Source: Squalus acanthias
Taxonomy: Eukaryota
Direction: 5' to 3'
Length of the DNA: 64,000 nucleotides
Assembly (NCBI GenBank): GCA_030390025.1
Contig: CM059435.1
Span: 53,568,001 to 53,632,000 of the forward strand
In this document: positions 46,831-59,093 of the stretch, in pieces
Numbering within the stretch: position 1 is the stretch's first letter
How the letters are laid out: every line of letters begins with the position of its first letter
The notes under the pieces: model-generated
Databases searched by the model: none
Told to the model about the DNA's origin: nothing
The model's input: only the letters and a program-made list of their open reading frames with translations
Program-made: the position numbers and the translations under genes

Positions 46831-47264
46831 ACAACACGGTGGCATAGTGGTTAGCACTGGTGCCTCACAGCGCCAGAGACCCGGGTTCGAATCTGACCTC
46901 GGGTGACTGTCTGTGTGGAGTTTGCACATTCTCCCCGTGTCTGCGTGGGTTTCCTCCGGGTGCTCCGGTTTCCTCCCACAGTCCAAAAATGTGTGGGTTA
47001 GGTTGATTTGGCTATGATAAATTGACCCTTAGTGTTAGGGGGGATTAAATATGTGGGGTTATGGGGATAGGATGGGATATGTTAGGGGGAATTAAATACG
47101 TGGGGTTACGGGGGTAGGGTGGGATATGTGTACTGTGGGGATTAAAGCAGGGACAGGGTACTGGATTTGGATGATCAGCCATGATCGTATTGAATGGCGG
47201 AGCAGGCTCGACGGGCCGAATGGCCTACTCCTGCTCCTAGATTCTATGTTTCTATGTTTCTATG
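46831..47264 (+). mobile_element. HE1-like V-SINE with a composite tail
   Basis: Same head and V-domain as the 26258 copy. Internal ~50-bp duplication. Ends in a CR1 3'UTR with (tttctatg)n. Confidence 0.8.
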
Positions 47265-50040
47265 ACAGGCTAGGGTGTGTGGCCAGATAAGCGTTCTTTA
47301 TACAAACACACGGAGTATAAGGAATAAATTGAATGACCTGCAGGCCGAATTCAAATTGGAGGGTATGACAAGGTAGCCATTACTGAGACATGGCTGCAAG
47401 ACGGTCAAGTCTGTGAACTAAATATACCAGGTTATAAGGTAGGGAAAATGGCAGAGTGGGAGGAGTAGCCTTAGTGAGCAGGGATGAAATCACTTCAATG
47501 ATAAGAGAGGCTATAACGAGAGGTAAGCAGGCAGTGGAGACTTTATGGGTAGAATTAAGAAATAGAAAAGGATTTAAGACTGTAGTGGGAGTTGTGAATA
47601 GGCCCCCTGGTAGCAGCTGTGAAGTGCTAGATTGTATAAATGCAGAGATTAGACAATCGTGTAGCAACGGCAGAGTGGGTTTTAATGGGGGATTTTAACT
47701 TTCATATAGATTGGGACAAGCAGACTAGCACCTGCCAGAAAGGTAGTGAATTTCTTGAGTGTGTCCGGGATAGTTTTCTACAACAATATGTCCTAGAGGC
47801 AACAAGGGGGCGTGCCATATTAGATTTAGTAATGAATAATGAGCCAGATTTGGTTAACAGACTAACTGCATGAGCATTTATCCAATAGCGATCATAACAT
47901 GATCGAGTTCAACATAGTGTTTGAAAGGGAGAAACGCGAAAAAGCTACTAAGATTCTAGATTTGGGTAAGGCCGACTTTCACGGGATGAGACAAAGACTG
48001 TCCACAGTAAACTGGGCAAATCTGTTAATGGGTAAAATGACAGTGGGAGATGTTCACAAAAGAATTTAAGGTGATACAGAACCAGTTTATACCCCTGAGG
48101 GGGCAAGAGCTCTACTTGCCAAAAAGAACACCATGCACGACTAAAGAGGTAAGGGGCAGCTTAAAGCTAAAAGAAAAAGCATACAAAAATGCAAAAAATA
48201 GCACAGATCCTGGCGAATGGGAGAGATACAAAGAACAGCAAAGGGTCACAAAACAGATAGTAAGAGCTACAAAAAGGGAGTATGAAAAGAAACTTGCAAG
48301 GGATATCAAAATCAACACAAATAATTTTTACAATTCTATTAGGAAGAAGAGGGTAGTCAGGAGCAATATTGGCCCCTTAAAAACTGAAAGCAGTGAGATT
48401 GTCAATGTCAGCATGGATTTGTGAAAGGTAGGTCATGCCTGACGAACCTGATTGAATTTTTTTAAGAGGTGACTAAAGTAGTGGACAGGGGAATGTCTAT
48501 GGATGTTATTTATATGGACTTCCAGAAGGCATTTGATAAAGTCCCACATAAGAGACTGTTAACTAAGGTAGAAGCCCACGGAATTGAGGGCAAATTATTG
48601 ACCTGGTTAGGAAATTGGCTGAGCGGCAGGAGACAGGCAGTAGGGATAATGGGCAGGTACTCAAATTGTCAGGATGTGACTAGTGGTGTCCCGCAGGGAT
48701 CTGTGTTGGGGCTTCAGCTATTCACAGTATTTATTAACGACTTAGATGATGGCATAGAAAGTCATATATCCAAATTTGCTGGTGACACAAAGATAGGCGG
48801 CATTGTAGGCAGTGTAGATGAAAGCATAAAATTACAAAGGAATATCAACAGATTAAGTGAATGGGTAAAACTGTGGCAAATAGATTTCAATGTAGGCATA
48901 TGTGAGGTCATCCACTTTTGACCTAAAAAGGATAGAACAGGGTACTTTCTAAATGGTGAAAAGCTAAAAACTGGAGGTCCAAAGAGACTTGGGGGTCCAG
49001 GTACATAGATCATTAAAATGTCATGAACAGATACAGAAAATAATCAAAAAGGCTAATGGAATGCTAACCTTTATATCTAGAGGACTAGAATACAAGGGGT
49101 TAGAAGTCATGCTGCAGCTATATAAAACCCTGGTTAGACCACACCTGGAGTACTGTGAGCAGTTCTGGGCACCACACCTGGAGCACTGTGAGCAGTTCTG
49201 GGCACCACACCTTAGGAAGGATATATTGGCCTTGGAGGGAGTGCAGCGTAGATTCACCCGAATGATACCCGGACTTCAAGGGTTAAGTTACGAGGAGAGA
49301 TTACACAAACTAGGGTTGTATTCCCTAGAATTTAGAAGGTTAAGGGGTGATCTGATCGAAGTTTTCAAGATATTAAGGGGAACGGATAGGGTAGTTAGAG
49401 AGAAACTATTTCCGCTGGTTGGGGTATCTAAGATTGGGGCCAAGGCTAAAAATTAGAGCCAGACCTTTCAGGAGTGAAATTAGGAAACACTTCTACACAC
49501 AAAGGGTGGTAGAAGTTTGGAACTCTGTTCTGCAAACAGCAATTGTTAATTTTAAATCGGAGATGGATAGCTTTTTGTTAACTAAAGGTATTAAGGGATC
49601 ACAGAATCACAGAAAGAATCACAGAATCCCCACAATGCAGATAGAGGCCATTTCGGCCCATCGAGCCTGCACCGACACATATGCCACCCTATCCCCGTAA
49701 CCCCACGTATTTAATCCCCCTAACACTAAGGGTCAATTTATCATAGCCAAATCAACCTAACCCGCACATCTTTGGACTGTGGGAGGAAACCGGAGCACCC
49801 GGAGGAAACCCACGCAGACACGGGGAGAACGTGCAAACTCCACACAGACAGTCACCCGAGGCCGGATTCGAACCCGGGTCCCTGGCGCTGTGAGGCAACA
49901 GTGCTAACCACTATGCCACTGTGTTGCCATGGGATATGGGCCAAAGGCGGGTATATGGAGCTGGGTCGCAGATCAGCCATAATCTCACTGAATGGCAGAA
50001 CAGGCTCCAGGAGCTCAATGGCCTCCTCCTGTTCCTATGT
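47265..50040 (+). mobile_element. Decayed CR1 ORF2 and 3'UTR with an internal deletion
   Basis: Frameshifted APE and RT fragments. Jumps from the IGPLKTE region to QHGF near 48400. Interrupted by a SINE at about 49600-49928. Confidence 0.85.
49600..49928 (-). mobile_element. HE1-like V-SINE
   Basis: Reverse complement of the 26258 copy, with tail repeats (ttctgtga)n. Confidence 0.82.
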
Positions 50041-52029
50041 CACAGAAAAAGGTCAGCAAACACAACAGCTCCTCTACACCATGATACTCCAATAATAGAC
50101 CGATCCCAATTCTATGGGACTAGTGTAAAGTTTTTATCGAAATGTAAATGTTGGAGCTCTGCCCCAGTTCTGCCATTTTGTGTGTAGCAGTAGAGGAGTT
50201 CCTGGTTGTATTACATCCTCGTGTCAACGTCCCCTACGCTCCCCGTCTCTGTTGTCGCTCGTTCCATGTGGATTGAGCTGTGTGGTGGCCTCAGCTCATT
50301 CTCTGAGCACCTGGCTCCAGCACTGAATGGACAGAAATCCAGGACTAGGTGTCACTGGAAGTGCGGACGTTTCGAGGTGACCTAATTGACGTTTGCGATC
50401 AGGAAGGGGATTGACAAAGGCAATCCCAGCAAATTGCTCACTACGGCAAAGAGGAATCCGAATTTATATGGGATCCTGACGTTTGAGGAATTTTCTATTG
50501 CTCGAGAGGTTTCTCTCTAGACTCACAATGATTAGTTTTCTTTCTCCCTCTTTTATGTGTAGTACTCAATCTCCTGTGGCATTGCATTGAAGTGTAGTCT
50601 TCAGCTGAAGCAGGTTTAGAGGGCAGGGAACCAATTGGACCAGGGAGCTTAGACATAATTCAGTCCCTATTGTAAAGTCATACATCCTGTTCTATTTTTA
50701 TATTTCCATTTAAATTCCCATGCCCATATTTATAATGGAAGCTGCCTCTGTAGACTGGTCACACTGTAATTTCACACTCCTACCATTGGTGGGGATGCAG
50801 CGCCTCCCTTGGTGGAATAGTCTAATTCAGCAAATTTCTTCTTGTGTTGCAGTATTTCTTATACTTTGAGGACTTGAGTTACTGTTTAATCACTTCTGAA
50901 ATCACAGACATTTCAGCACCAAATTATGTAATTCGGATGATCAGTGCCCCTGAATCAGTGGCAGCTCTTCAAGGGGAGCTATTCACTCTAATCCCAGAAA
51001 GTATCATGCGGCTGCTGTCAGCTGCAGTCCTGTAGTATAAAACACCTTCAGACTTTGGCTGAGCCTTAATGACCGCTCCCATTACGCTGTACCTGATTCT
51101 TAACTATGTTGCCTCCAAAGGTTGACATTGACTGTTACGAAGGCCTCTGATATCTGGTGTGTTTATCAGGAAGGTGTGTTAACAAGGCTGACCAAATATC
51201 AAGGGGCTTTTTACATCGTTACCTTCGCTTATCAGGTTCAACATCTCTTTTGAGATAAGCACTTCTTTCAAATATCTACTCACGGTTTAACCCTATCTTG
51301 GCGAATGCACTCTTGCGGTTTTTTTTCCGACACATTCAAATGCCAGAGAACACGAGCCTAAAATAGATAGTTATGACTAAAAAGGGAGTGAAGTGCAAGT
51401 TGTTCACCTCAAGAGTTATGCAGTCATGGGCTGAATTACAAGGGAAAGATGATTAATTGAAAATCAGTTGTCCTTGCTTGCTGTGTACTTGACAGATTGA
51501 AATGTCCTGAATTGAATCACATTTAATGAATGGATTCTGGTTACAGCAAACAAACTGAGCAGCAACTCTCCAACTATCAGTGAAAAGCACCTATATAAAA
51601 TGTTTGTAATGTAACAAGAAGATGATCTATCTGTATCTGTGTATATGTAATTAATATATATTATATAAAGATATAAGGTCTCGTGGCAAGCATGCGTCCA
51701 TCATACTCCAGGCATGCCACTTTGTTACAGTTGCAAAACAAAGCCAGTCATTGACCTGGAACCTAAAATTTGCAAGCTGTTAACAGTTGCTTACTGATTG
51801 CCCTCAGCGGTTTCAAAGCGACGACGGTTACCTGGATATGCCTGTTTCAACCACTTTCCAACAGGAGTGCTTGAGTTGTGGAGTTGAAAGGACAGGCCAG
51901 GTTAGCATCTAAACATCACAACTGTGCTCCAAACCCCAGACTACCCGTGAGCAACACCACGGGAAACCGACCGGTAATAAACAAGGGTGATGGTTAAAGG
52001 TCAAGGGAGCAAGAGGAAAGGCGAGTGCT

Positions 52030-52392
52030 GGGAAAAGCTCGAGATACAGGAACAGAGGAGATTACGGCGTGATTTGAGAGAGGGGTTTAAAACTATAACA
52101 GGATGGGACAGAGTAGATAGAATCAGTGGTTGAAGACTCGGTAATGAGAGGACATAGATATAAAATCAAATAAAACAGATTTAGGACAGCGAGCAAGAGA
52201 AACCTATTTTACACAGTGGGTTATGAGGCTGTGGAATGCCCCGCTGGAGTTAGCGATTGAAAAATGGACCATGTCAACATTTAAGAATAGGTTAAATAGG
52301 GGGTTGAAGAACAGGGGGATAAAGTGTGCACATGAGATTAGTACTACTGATGAGGCAGTGCGGCCTCTTTCGGTGTTGTAATTTCTATGTAA
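52030..52392 (+). mobile_element. Old CR1 3' fragment
   Basis: Degenerate RRLRRDL...RGHRYK...FTQWVMRLWNA-like sequence with a ttctatg tail. Confidence 0.55.
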
Positions 52393-53092
52393 CAGTTGAA
52401 ACTGATGCAGTGTATTACAACATTAATACAGGTACTGTTTCAGAGAAAACGGATAGAGATTAGAGTGTGTTGTGGAAAGGTATTCAAAATGCCCACTCAG
52501 CTTTTACAAGCACCCAGTTCACTTCAGAGTCAGTATGCACAGTAGGTGCACAGGCAACCCGCAGCGCACTAGGGGTTGTGGCTTTTTATACAGACAGGGA
52601 GAATGTGCGACCGGCCCGTGCAAATTTACACATGAAACAAATGCCCTAGTAACATGGAGGTTCAGGGAGAAAGTTAGTGTTTGTTATATACAATGTGTTT
52701 GTGGGTTTCAGAGCATGTTGGCTTTGTTTTTGGTGAGAGAACAGACTGATGGATACAGTGGGAGGGCAGGTAGGTGGGATTAAGATCAATCAAAAAGTGA
52801 TGGGTTTGTTGGACCTAAAGGCCTATTCCTGTTCCTGTTCCTAAAAATTCTTTATGACTCGATTTTTTGATCTCGTCGCTCGTTCCTGCTGTGGGACTGT
52901 TACTAGCAATCCTGGAGAGCTGGTAATTTAGGTTACTAGCTTCAGTGTCAAAGAAACAAATTCAGGGCACTTAGTTCCAACTTCTGATCATCTATCAGAA
53001 AATAATTTAAAAACAAAAAGTTAAATCCATCAAGACATGGCTGGGGTGTGAACATTTTGTAAGTTGTGGTGCCTAAAACTGAGAGCAAACAG

Positions 53093-54005
53093 TGTCAGTG
53101 GGTAGCGCTCTCGCCTCTGAGCCAGAAGGTCGTGGGTTCAATTACAACTCCAGAGACTTGAGCATGAAATCTAGGCTGACACTCCAGTGCAGTACTGAGG
53201 GAGTGCTGCACTGTCGGAGGGGCAGTGCTGAGGGAGCACTGCACTGTCGGAGGGGCAGTGCTGAGGGAGCGCTGCACTTTCGGAGGGGCAGTGCTGAGGG
53301 AGCGCTGCACTGTCGGAGGGGCAGTACTGAAGGAGCGCTGCACTGTCGGAGGGGCAGTACTGAGGGAGCGCTGCACTGTCGGAGGTGCAGTACTGAGGGA
53401 GTGCTGCACTGTCGGAGGGGCAGTGCTGAGGGAGCGCTGCACTGTCGGTGAGGGAGTGCTGCACTGTCGGAGGTGCAGTACTGAGGGAGTGCTGCACTGT
53501 CGGAGGGGCAGTACTGAGGGAGCGCTGCACTGTCGGAGGTGCAGTACTGAGGGAGTGCTGCACTGTCGGAGGGGCAGTACTGAGGGAGCGCTGCACTGTC
53601 GGAGGGGCAGTACTGAGGGATTGCTGCACTGTCGGAGGGGCAGTGCTGAGGGAGCGCTGCACTGTCGGAGGGGCAGTGCTGAGGGAGTGCTGCACTGTCA
53701 GAGGTGCCGTCTTTTGGATGAGATTTAAACTGAGGCCCCATCGGCCCTCTTGGGTGGACATAAAAGATCCCACAGGGGTGTTCTCCCGGTGTCCTGGCCA
53801 ACCTTTATGCCTCAACCAACACCTAAAACGGATTATCTGATCACTTATTTCATTGATGTTTGTGGGAGCTTGCTGTGCACAAATTAGCTGCCGCGTTGCC
53901 TACATTACAACAGTGACTACACTTCAATAGTACTTAATTGGCTGTAATGCGCTTTGAGACATCCTGAGGATGTGAAAGGCGCTATATAAACACAAGTTTT
54001 TTTTG
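53093..54005 (+). mobile_element. SacSINE1-like SINE with an internal 33-bp tandem expansion (about 53188-53705)
   Basis: Head and tail match the 21876 copy. The unit gcagtactgagggagcgctgcactgtcggaggg is repeated about 15 times. Confidence 0.85.
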
Positions 54006-54173
54006 TTCTACTGCGCCACATTTTGTGTTTGAGCACTTAAGCATGCACAGCTTGACCGTCCGTCTGATCTGGCACTGCATCTCACAGCCATTCGAGCTGA
54101 GTAAACACAATAGCCTCCACTGTAGTTGCTGACATAACTCCATGGTTTGACTATCGTGTGCTTTTTTTTGCAG

Positions 54174-54281
54174 ACCCCGGCCTGGCTGGAGCAGATGATT
54201 GCTCATGTGACTTGGAGAGACCTCTTCTATAAGCTGGCGGAAGCTCATCCCGACTGTTTGATGCTCAACTTTACTGTTAAG
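54174..54281 (+). CDS. NELFCD: NELFCD exon 5
   Basis: tgcag|[36 protein letters not shown]|gtaaag. 108 nt. Confidence 0.96.
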
Positions 54282-54304
54282 GTAAAGCCATCCCCGTGCT
54301 GATG

Positions 54305-55062
54305 TTACATAGAATTTACAGCACAGAAACTGGCCATTCGGCCTAACTAGTCCATGCTTCACATGAGCCTCCTCCCATCCTACTTTATCTAACGCTATCA
54401 ACATATCCTTCTGTTGAGACGTCCAGTGGTCATGAAAGGCGCTATATAAATGCAAGTCTTTCTTTCTTTATTCCTTTCTCTCTCATGTACTTATCTAGCT
54501 TCCCCTTGAATGCATCTATGCTATTTGCTTCAACCACTCCCTGTGGTAGTGAGTTCTACATTCTCACCACTCTGGGTAAAGAAGTTTCTCCTGAATTAAT
54601 TATTGGATTTATTAGTGACTATCTTATATTTATGGCCCCTAGTTTTGGACTCCCACAAGTCGAAACATTTTCTCTAAGTCAACCTTCTCAAACCTTTTCA
54701 TAATTTTAAAGACCTCGATCAGGTCGCCTCTCAGTCTTCTCTCCAGAACTGAGCACAGTACTCCAAATGTGGTCTAACCAAGGTTCTATATAAGTTTAAC
54801 ATAATTTCCCTGCTTTTGAATTCTATTCCTCGAGAAATAAACCCCAGGACTTTGTGTGCATTTTTTGTGGCCTTGTTAACCTGCGTTACTACTTTTAATG
54901 ATTTGTGAATCTGTACCCCTAAATTCGTTTGTTCCTCTATTTAGACTCTTTTCCAAAGAGTAGGTGGCTTTCTTATTCCTGGTACCAAAATGTACCACCT
55001 CGCACTTACCTATATTAAAATTTATTTGCCATTTACACGCCCATTCTGCAAGTTTAATATAT
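54305..55062 (-). mobile_element. Decayed CR1 3' fragment with a short SINE/L2 tail inserted at about 54413-54469
   Basis: Reverse-complemented CR1 3'UTR and ORF2 C-terminal motifs. Confidence 0.6.
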
Positions 55063-56329
55063 CTATCCTATCAGCAGTGTGTATTTGGAATTTGCACGGA
55101 TTTGCATCTTCACTGACTCCATAACCCTGACTGTGTGTTCGGCTCAGGGTCTGTACGTCAGTTTGTAATTTTATTGGAGCTCTCAGTAAGTCGGAGGATG
55201 CGCTGTTTTATCATGGCAGGCAGGTGTCGCACCATTGGCTGTGAATTTACTCTAACTTTGCTGGGAGTGCAACGTAAACCCTATCAAATCCAGATTAAAG
55301 GGAAGTGAGCCTGCGTATGGGGACAAATATTTATTTCAACTTTATCAAGCTTCAAAATCAGTTTTACATATTTATGAGTCTTGGCGTGGGGGAAGGGGGA
55401 GAGAAGTCTCGGGTGTAAATGAAGTGAAGAGAAACCCAATGTAGAGCCACAAAACTGATTCTGCGGGCAAGTGAATGAGTAGGTACAGCATCTGAACCCC
55501 TGTTTCAGGGACACACTGCATGCGGTGGGTGTGGGAACAGTTGTCCAATTTGGCACTTTGGGACACCCTTCCAAGAAAACTCCAGGGCACCGCTCACACC
55601 AGCAGGTGGTGAGCAGGCTCAGCACCGAGCCCACTACCTGCAGGACCTGCTGGGACCTAGATGGAGAAGAAGTCAGCACACACAGGCAGCTCTCGTAGAC
55701 AGCCCAAAGGTTGCTCACTGCAAAACACTGCCCGTTACACGTGCACTCCTCACCCAAGCTGAGCCTTCGTGCAACCTTACAGCTCATTCCTTGCATAACC
55801 ATGGCTCGGGACGGCACAGCTTCAAGGTGCAATATATGTTCAGAGATCTTGCCACACTCGCAACTTTCAAGGCCCTAACATCTCAGAGTGTGTGTGTGTG
55901 TGCGCGCGCGCGTACTCCTTCGACTTCCAACCTCTCGAGGCTACTTATTTTTATGATGGGACAAGCAGATGTCAACCTGAAGAGTGGCCTCCCTTGTCAA
56001 ATCTCCTGCGTTATGCCCAAGAAGCTCCGGCAGGATCTGTGGACCACCTTACCCAGTTACTGTGTCGCCCACCTCCGGTACAGACAGGCACCCCTCTGAT
56101 GAATCCTCTGGAGCTTCTCCTTGTCCTCCATCTCCTACCAGCAGGGCCTGTTGTATGTGGGAGTGAAATACCTGTAACTGGTAAGTGACAGCGGGGGCCA
56201 AATGTTAAATACAACAGTAACCAAAACTGGGAAAGACTGAAACAAAATCAAAACCAATCTAACAGGAAAAAAAAATCACAAAATAAAGAAATTTAACAAA
56301 AATTATACTGAGCAACCAGCTACAAGAAC

Positions 56330-56650
56330 AACAAAGAAAGACTTGCATTTCTATAGCGCCTTTCATGACCTCAGGACGTCCCAAAGCGCGTTACAGCCAA
56401 TGAAGTACTTTTTGAAGTGGAGTCACTATTGTAATGTGGGAAACGCGGCAGCCAGTTTGCGCACAGCAAGATCTCACAAACAGCAATGTGATAATGACCA
56501 GATAATCTGTTTTATTTTAGTGATGTTGGTTGAGGGATAAATATTGGCTAGGGCACCGGGGAGAACTCCCCTGCTCTTCGAAATAGTGCCATGGGATCTT
56601 TTACGTCCACTTGAGAGGGCAGATGGAGCCTCGGTTTAACGTCTCATCTG
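56330..56650 (-). mobile_element. SacSINE1-like SINE, 5'-truncated
   Basis: Reverse complement of 22015-22325. Confidence 0.75.
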
Positions 56651-57041
56651 GTGCAGGGAACACTTCTTGTGGCTGTGCAGTGGTAGGCAAGGGGATCTTC
56701 ATCAGTGTATGTAAAGTAATTGGTTGGTACTGATAAAGTGAACCCTGAGTAAGGGGGCAGGCCAGTGGGATAAGAGGACCATTTAAAATTAGTGGTAAAT
56801 GTTTGGAATAATCTAGCTGATTAGTCAAAGAATTTGGGTCCGCTCAAAGTGCAGTGAGATGCTGGCCAGGATGAGTTGGAGCACTAGGGGAACAATCATT
56901 TAATATTCACATGGCCTTTTCTCGTGCTATTTTTCTTATATTTTTGCTGAATTTTCTACTTGTCAAGGAGAGTGGTATTGCCGCTGGGAAATGGGAGTCC
57001 TTCGGCCACTCATCGTCCGTATCAGATAATACCAGGTCAGC

Positions 57042-57830
57042 TACAGCACGGGTTAGATACAGAGTAAAGCTCCCTCTACACTGTCCCATCAAACACTCCC
57101 AGGGCAGGTACAGCACAGGTTAGATACAGAGTAAAGCCCCCTCTACACTGCACCATCAAACACTCCCGGGGCAGGTACAGCATGGGTTAGATACAGAGTA
57201 AAGCTCCCTCTACACTGCCCCATCAAACACTCCCGGGGCAGGTACAGCACGGGTTAGATACAGAGTAAAGCTCCCTCTACACTGGCCCATCAAACACTCC
57301 CGGGGCAGGTACAGCACGGGTTAGATACAGAGTAAAGCTGCCTCTGCACTGCCCCATCAAACACTCCCGGGGCAGGTACAGCACGGGTTAGATACAGAGT
57401 AAAGCTCCCTCTACACTGGCCCATCAAACACTCCCGGGGCAGGTACAGCACGGGTTAGATACAGAGTAAAGCTCCCTCTACACTGTCCCATCAAACACTC
57501 CCAGGGCAGGTACAGCACGGGTTAGATACAGAGTAAAGCTCCCTCTACACTGGCCCATCAAACACTCCCGGGGCAGGTACAGCACGGGTTAGATACAGAG
57601 TAAAGCTCCCTCTACACTGCCCCATCAAACACTCCCAGGGCAGGTACAGCATGGGTTAGATACAGAGTAAAGCTCCCTCTACACTGTCCCATCAAACACT
57701 CCCAGGGCAGGTACAGCACGGGTTAGATACAGAGTAAAGCTCCCTCTACACTGGCCCATCAAACACTCCCGGGGCAGGTACAGCACAGGTTAGATACAGA
57801 GTAAAGCTCCCTCTACACTGGCCCATCAAT
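57042..57830. repeat. 66-67-bp minisatellite (about 12 units)
   Basis: Unit acagcacgggttagatacagagtaaagctccctctacactgtcccatcaaacactcccagggcaggt. Confidence 0.95.
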
Positions 57831-58496
57831 GTGGTTTAGCTCCAAGCTCAGATGAGCATTGTGGCATTTCCATTTAACATGCAAACTGTCCTGAGCTGGA
57901 GAAATAATTCGTACTGAATTATAGATGTCTTTGTGGTGTAGAATGGTGTGGAAAATGTATTACACTTAGGACCCTTTCAGATGGAAGCGTTTAGCCGTTC
58001 TGACTGTGTAGAGTTAAAACTCGGGTATCAGAAATGGAGGGACAAGCTCCCTTAAGTGACTCAGTTTGTAAATGCACCGCAAGTGTGAAACTGAGCCATT
58101 CCACAAGGACTCGGGGAGCTGCCTTCACTTAGGCGTAATTGGACCCAGTTTTGTAGGTTAATGACCTTCATGCCGGGAATATTCACGGAAAACTTGTGCA
58201 AATAGGGAAGGCTTTCAAAGTAGTTATCAACTTGTTTTGTTTAAGTGACCAGGGTCCTGGCCTTTATTGGCCCAGTGGTTTGTTTCACCAACACACCACA
58301 TTGCTGAGCCTTCTGCTAAACAAGCATCCTGCAGAAAAGTATTGAGTGTCCAGCAACGTCCTGCTGCTGCAGCCAGCCGATAGTCTGCCTAGTCAGCACA
58401 GGTTAGAGTGGGAGCGCTGACTGTCCCTCGCTGTCTCCGAACGGCCTCATGGATTCTGCCTCTTACTTCTCTGCTTGTCTCTTTATCTCACTGCAG

Positions 58497-58649
58497 CTGA
58501 TCTCAGATGCTGGATACCAGGGTGAAATAACCAGTGTGTCGACGGCCTGTCAGCAGTTGGAGGTCTTCTCCCGCGTTCTCCGCACCTCGCTTGCCACGCT
58601 CGTTGATGGAGGCGAAGAGCATCTGGAGAAAAACCTGCCCGAGTTTGCG
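58497..58649 (+). CDS. NELFCD: NELFCD exon 6
   Basis: tgcag|LISDAGYQGEITSVSTACQQLEVFSRVLRTSLATLVDGGEEHLEKNLPEFA|gtgcgt. 153 nt. Confidence 0.96.
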
Positions 58650-59093
58650 GTGCGTGTCTTTCCACCCGGTCAGGTGTAGGTGGCAGCATGATAGCTAATG
58701 TGTGTCGTTTGCGGTTACGTTCTCTGGGGAGTTGATGCAATGGCAGCGAGCTCCCTTTATAAAGAGAAAAACTCACCAACAGGCATCGTTTCTCTTTTCT
58801 CTCTATCTCCAGATTTCCACTCTCCTCATCCTGATGGCGCCAACTTTTGCTCGGGTACAATTGCATGGGCACTGGTCACCACCAGTACCTTGCTCAAGTA
58901 ACTATTCTTCACGCCTGAGCTCTGAGTGTGTTTATAGGCAGGCTATTCGCCTGGAGGGTAGCATGGCTGAGCTCATTCCTGACCTTATCCAAAGCCATGC
59001 ACGTGCTTTCTCCAGTGGGAGTCATGGATAGTGATCAGGATGGAGAACCTGATTGAATTTCTAGTTTCTTGACTTAGATCAGCTGAGCTCAAA

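Noticed and set aside
46831-46902. tRNA gene-like sequences (also at 21876, 25931, 26258, 49860, 53093)
   Set aside because: These are heads of SINEs and continue into SINE bodies.
57042-57830. CRISPR-like regular array
   Set aside because: Units are contiguous with no unique spacers, the context is eukaryotic, and there are no cas genes.
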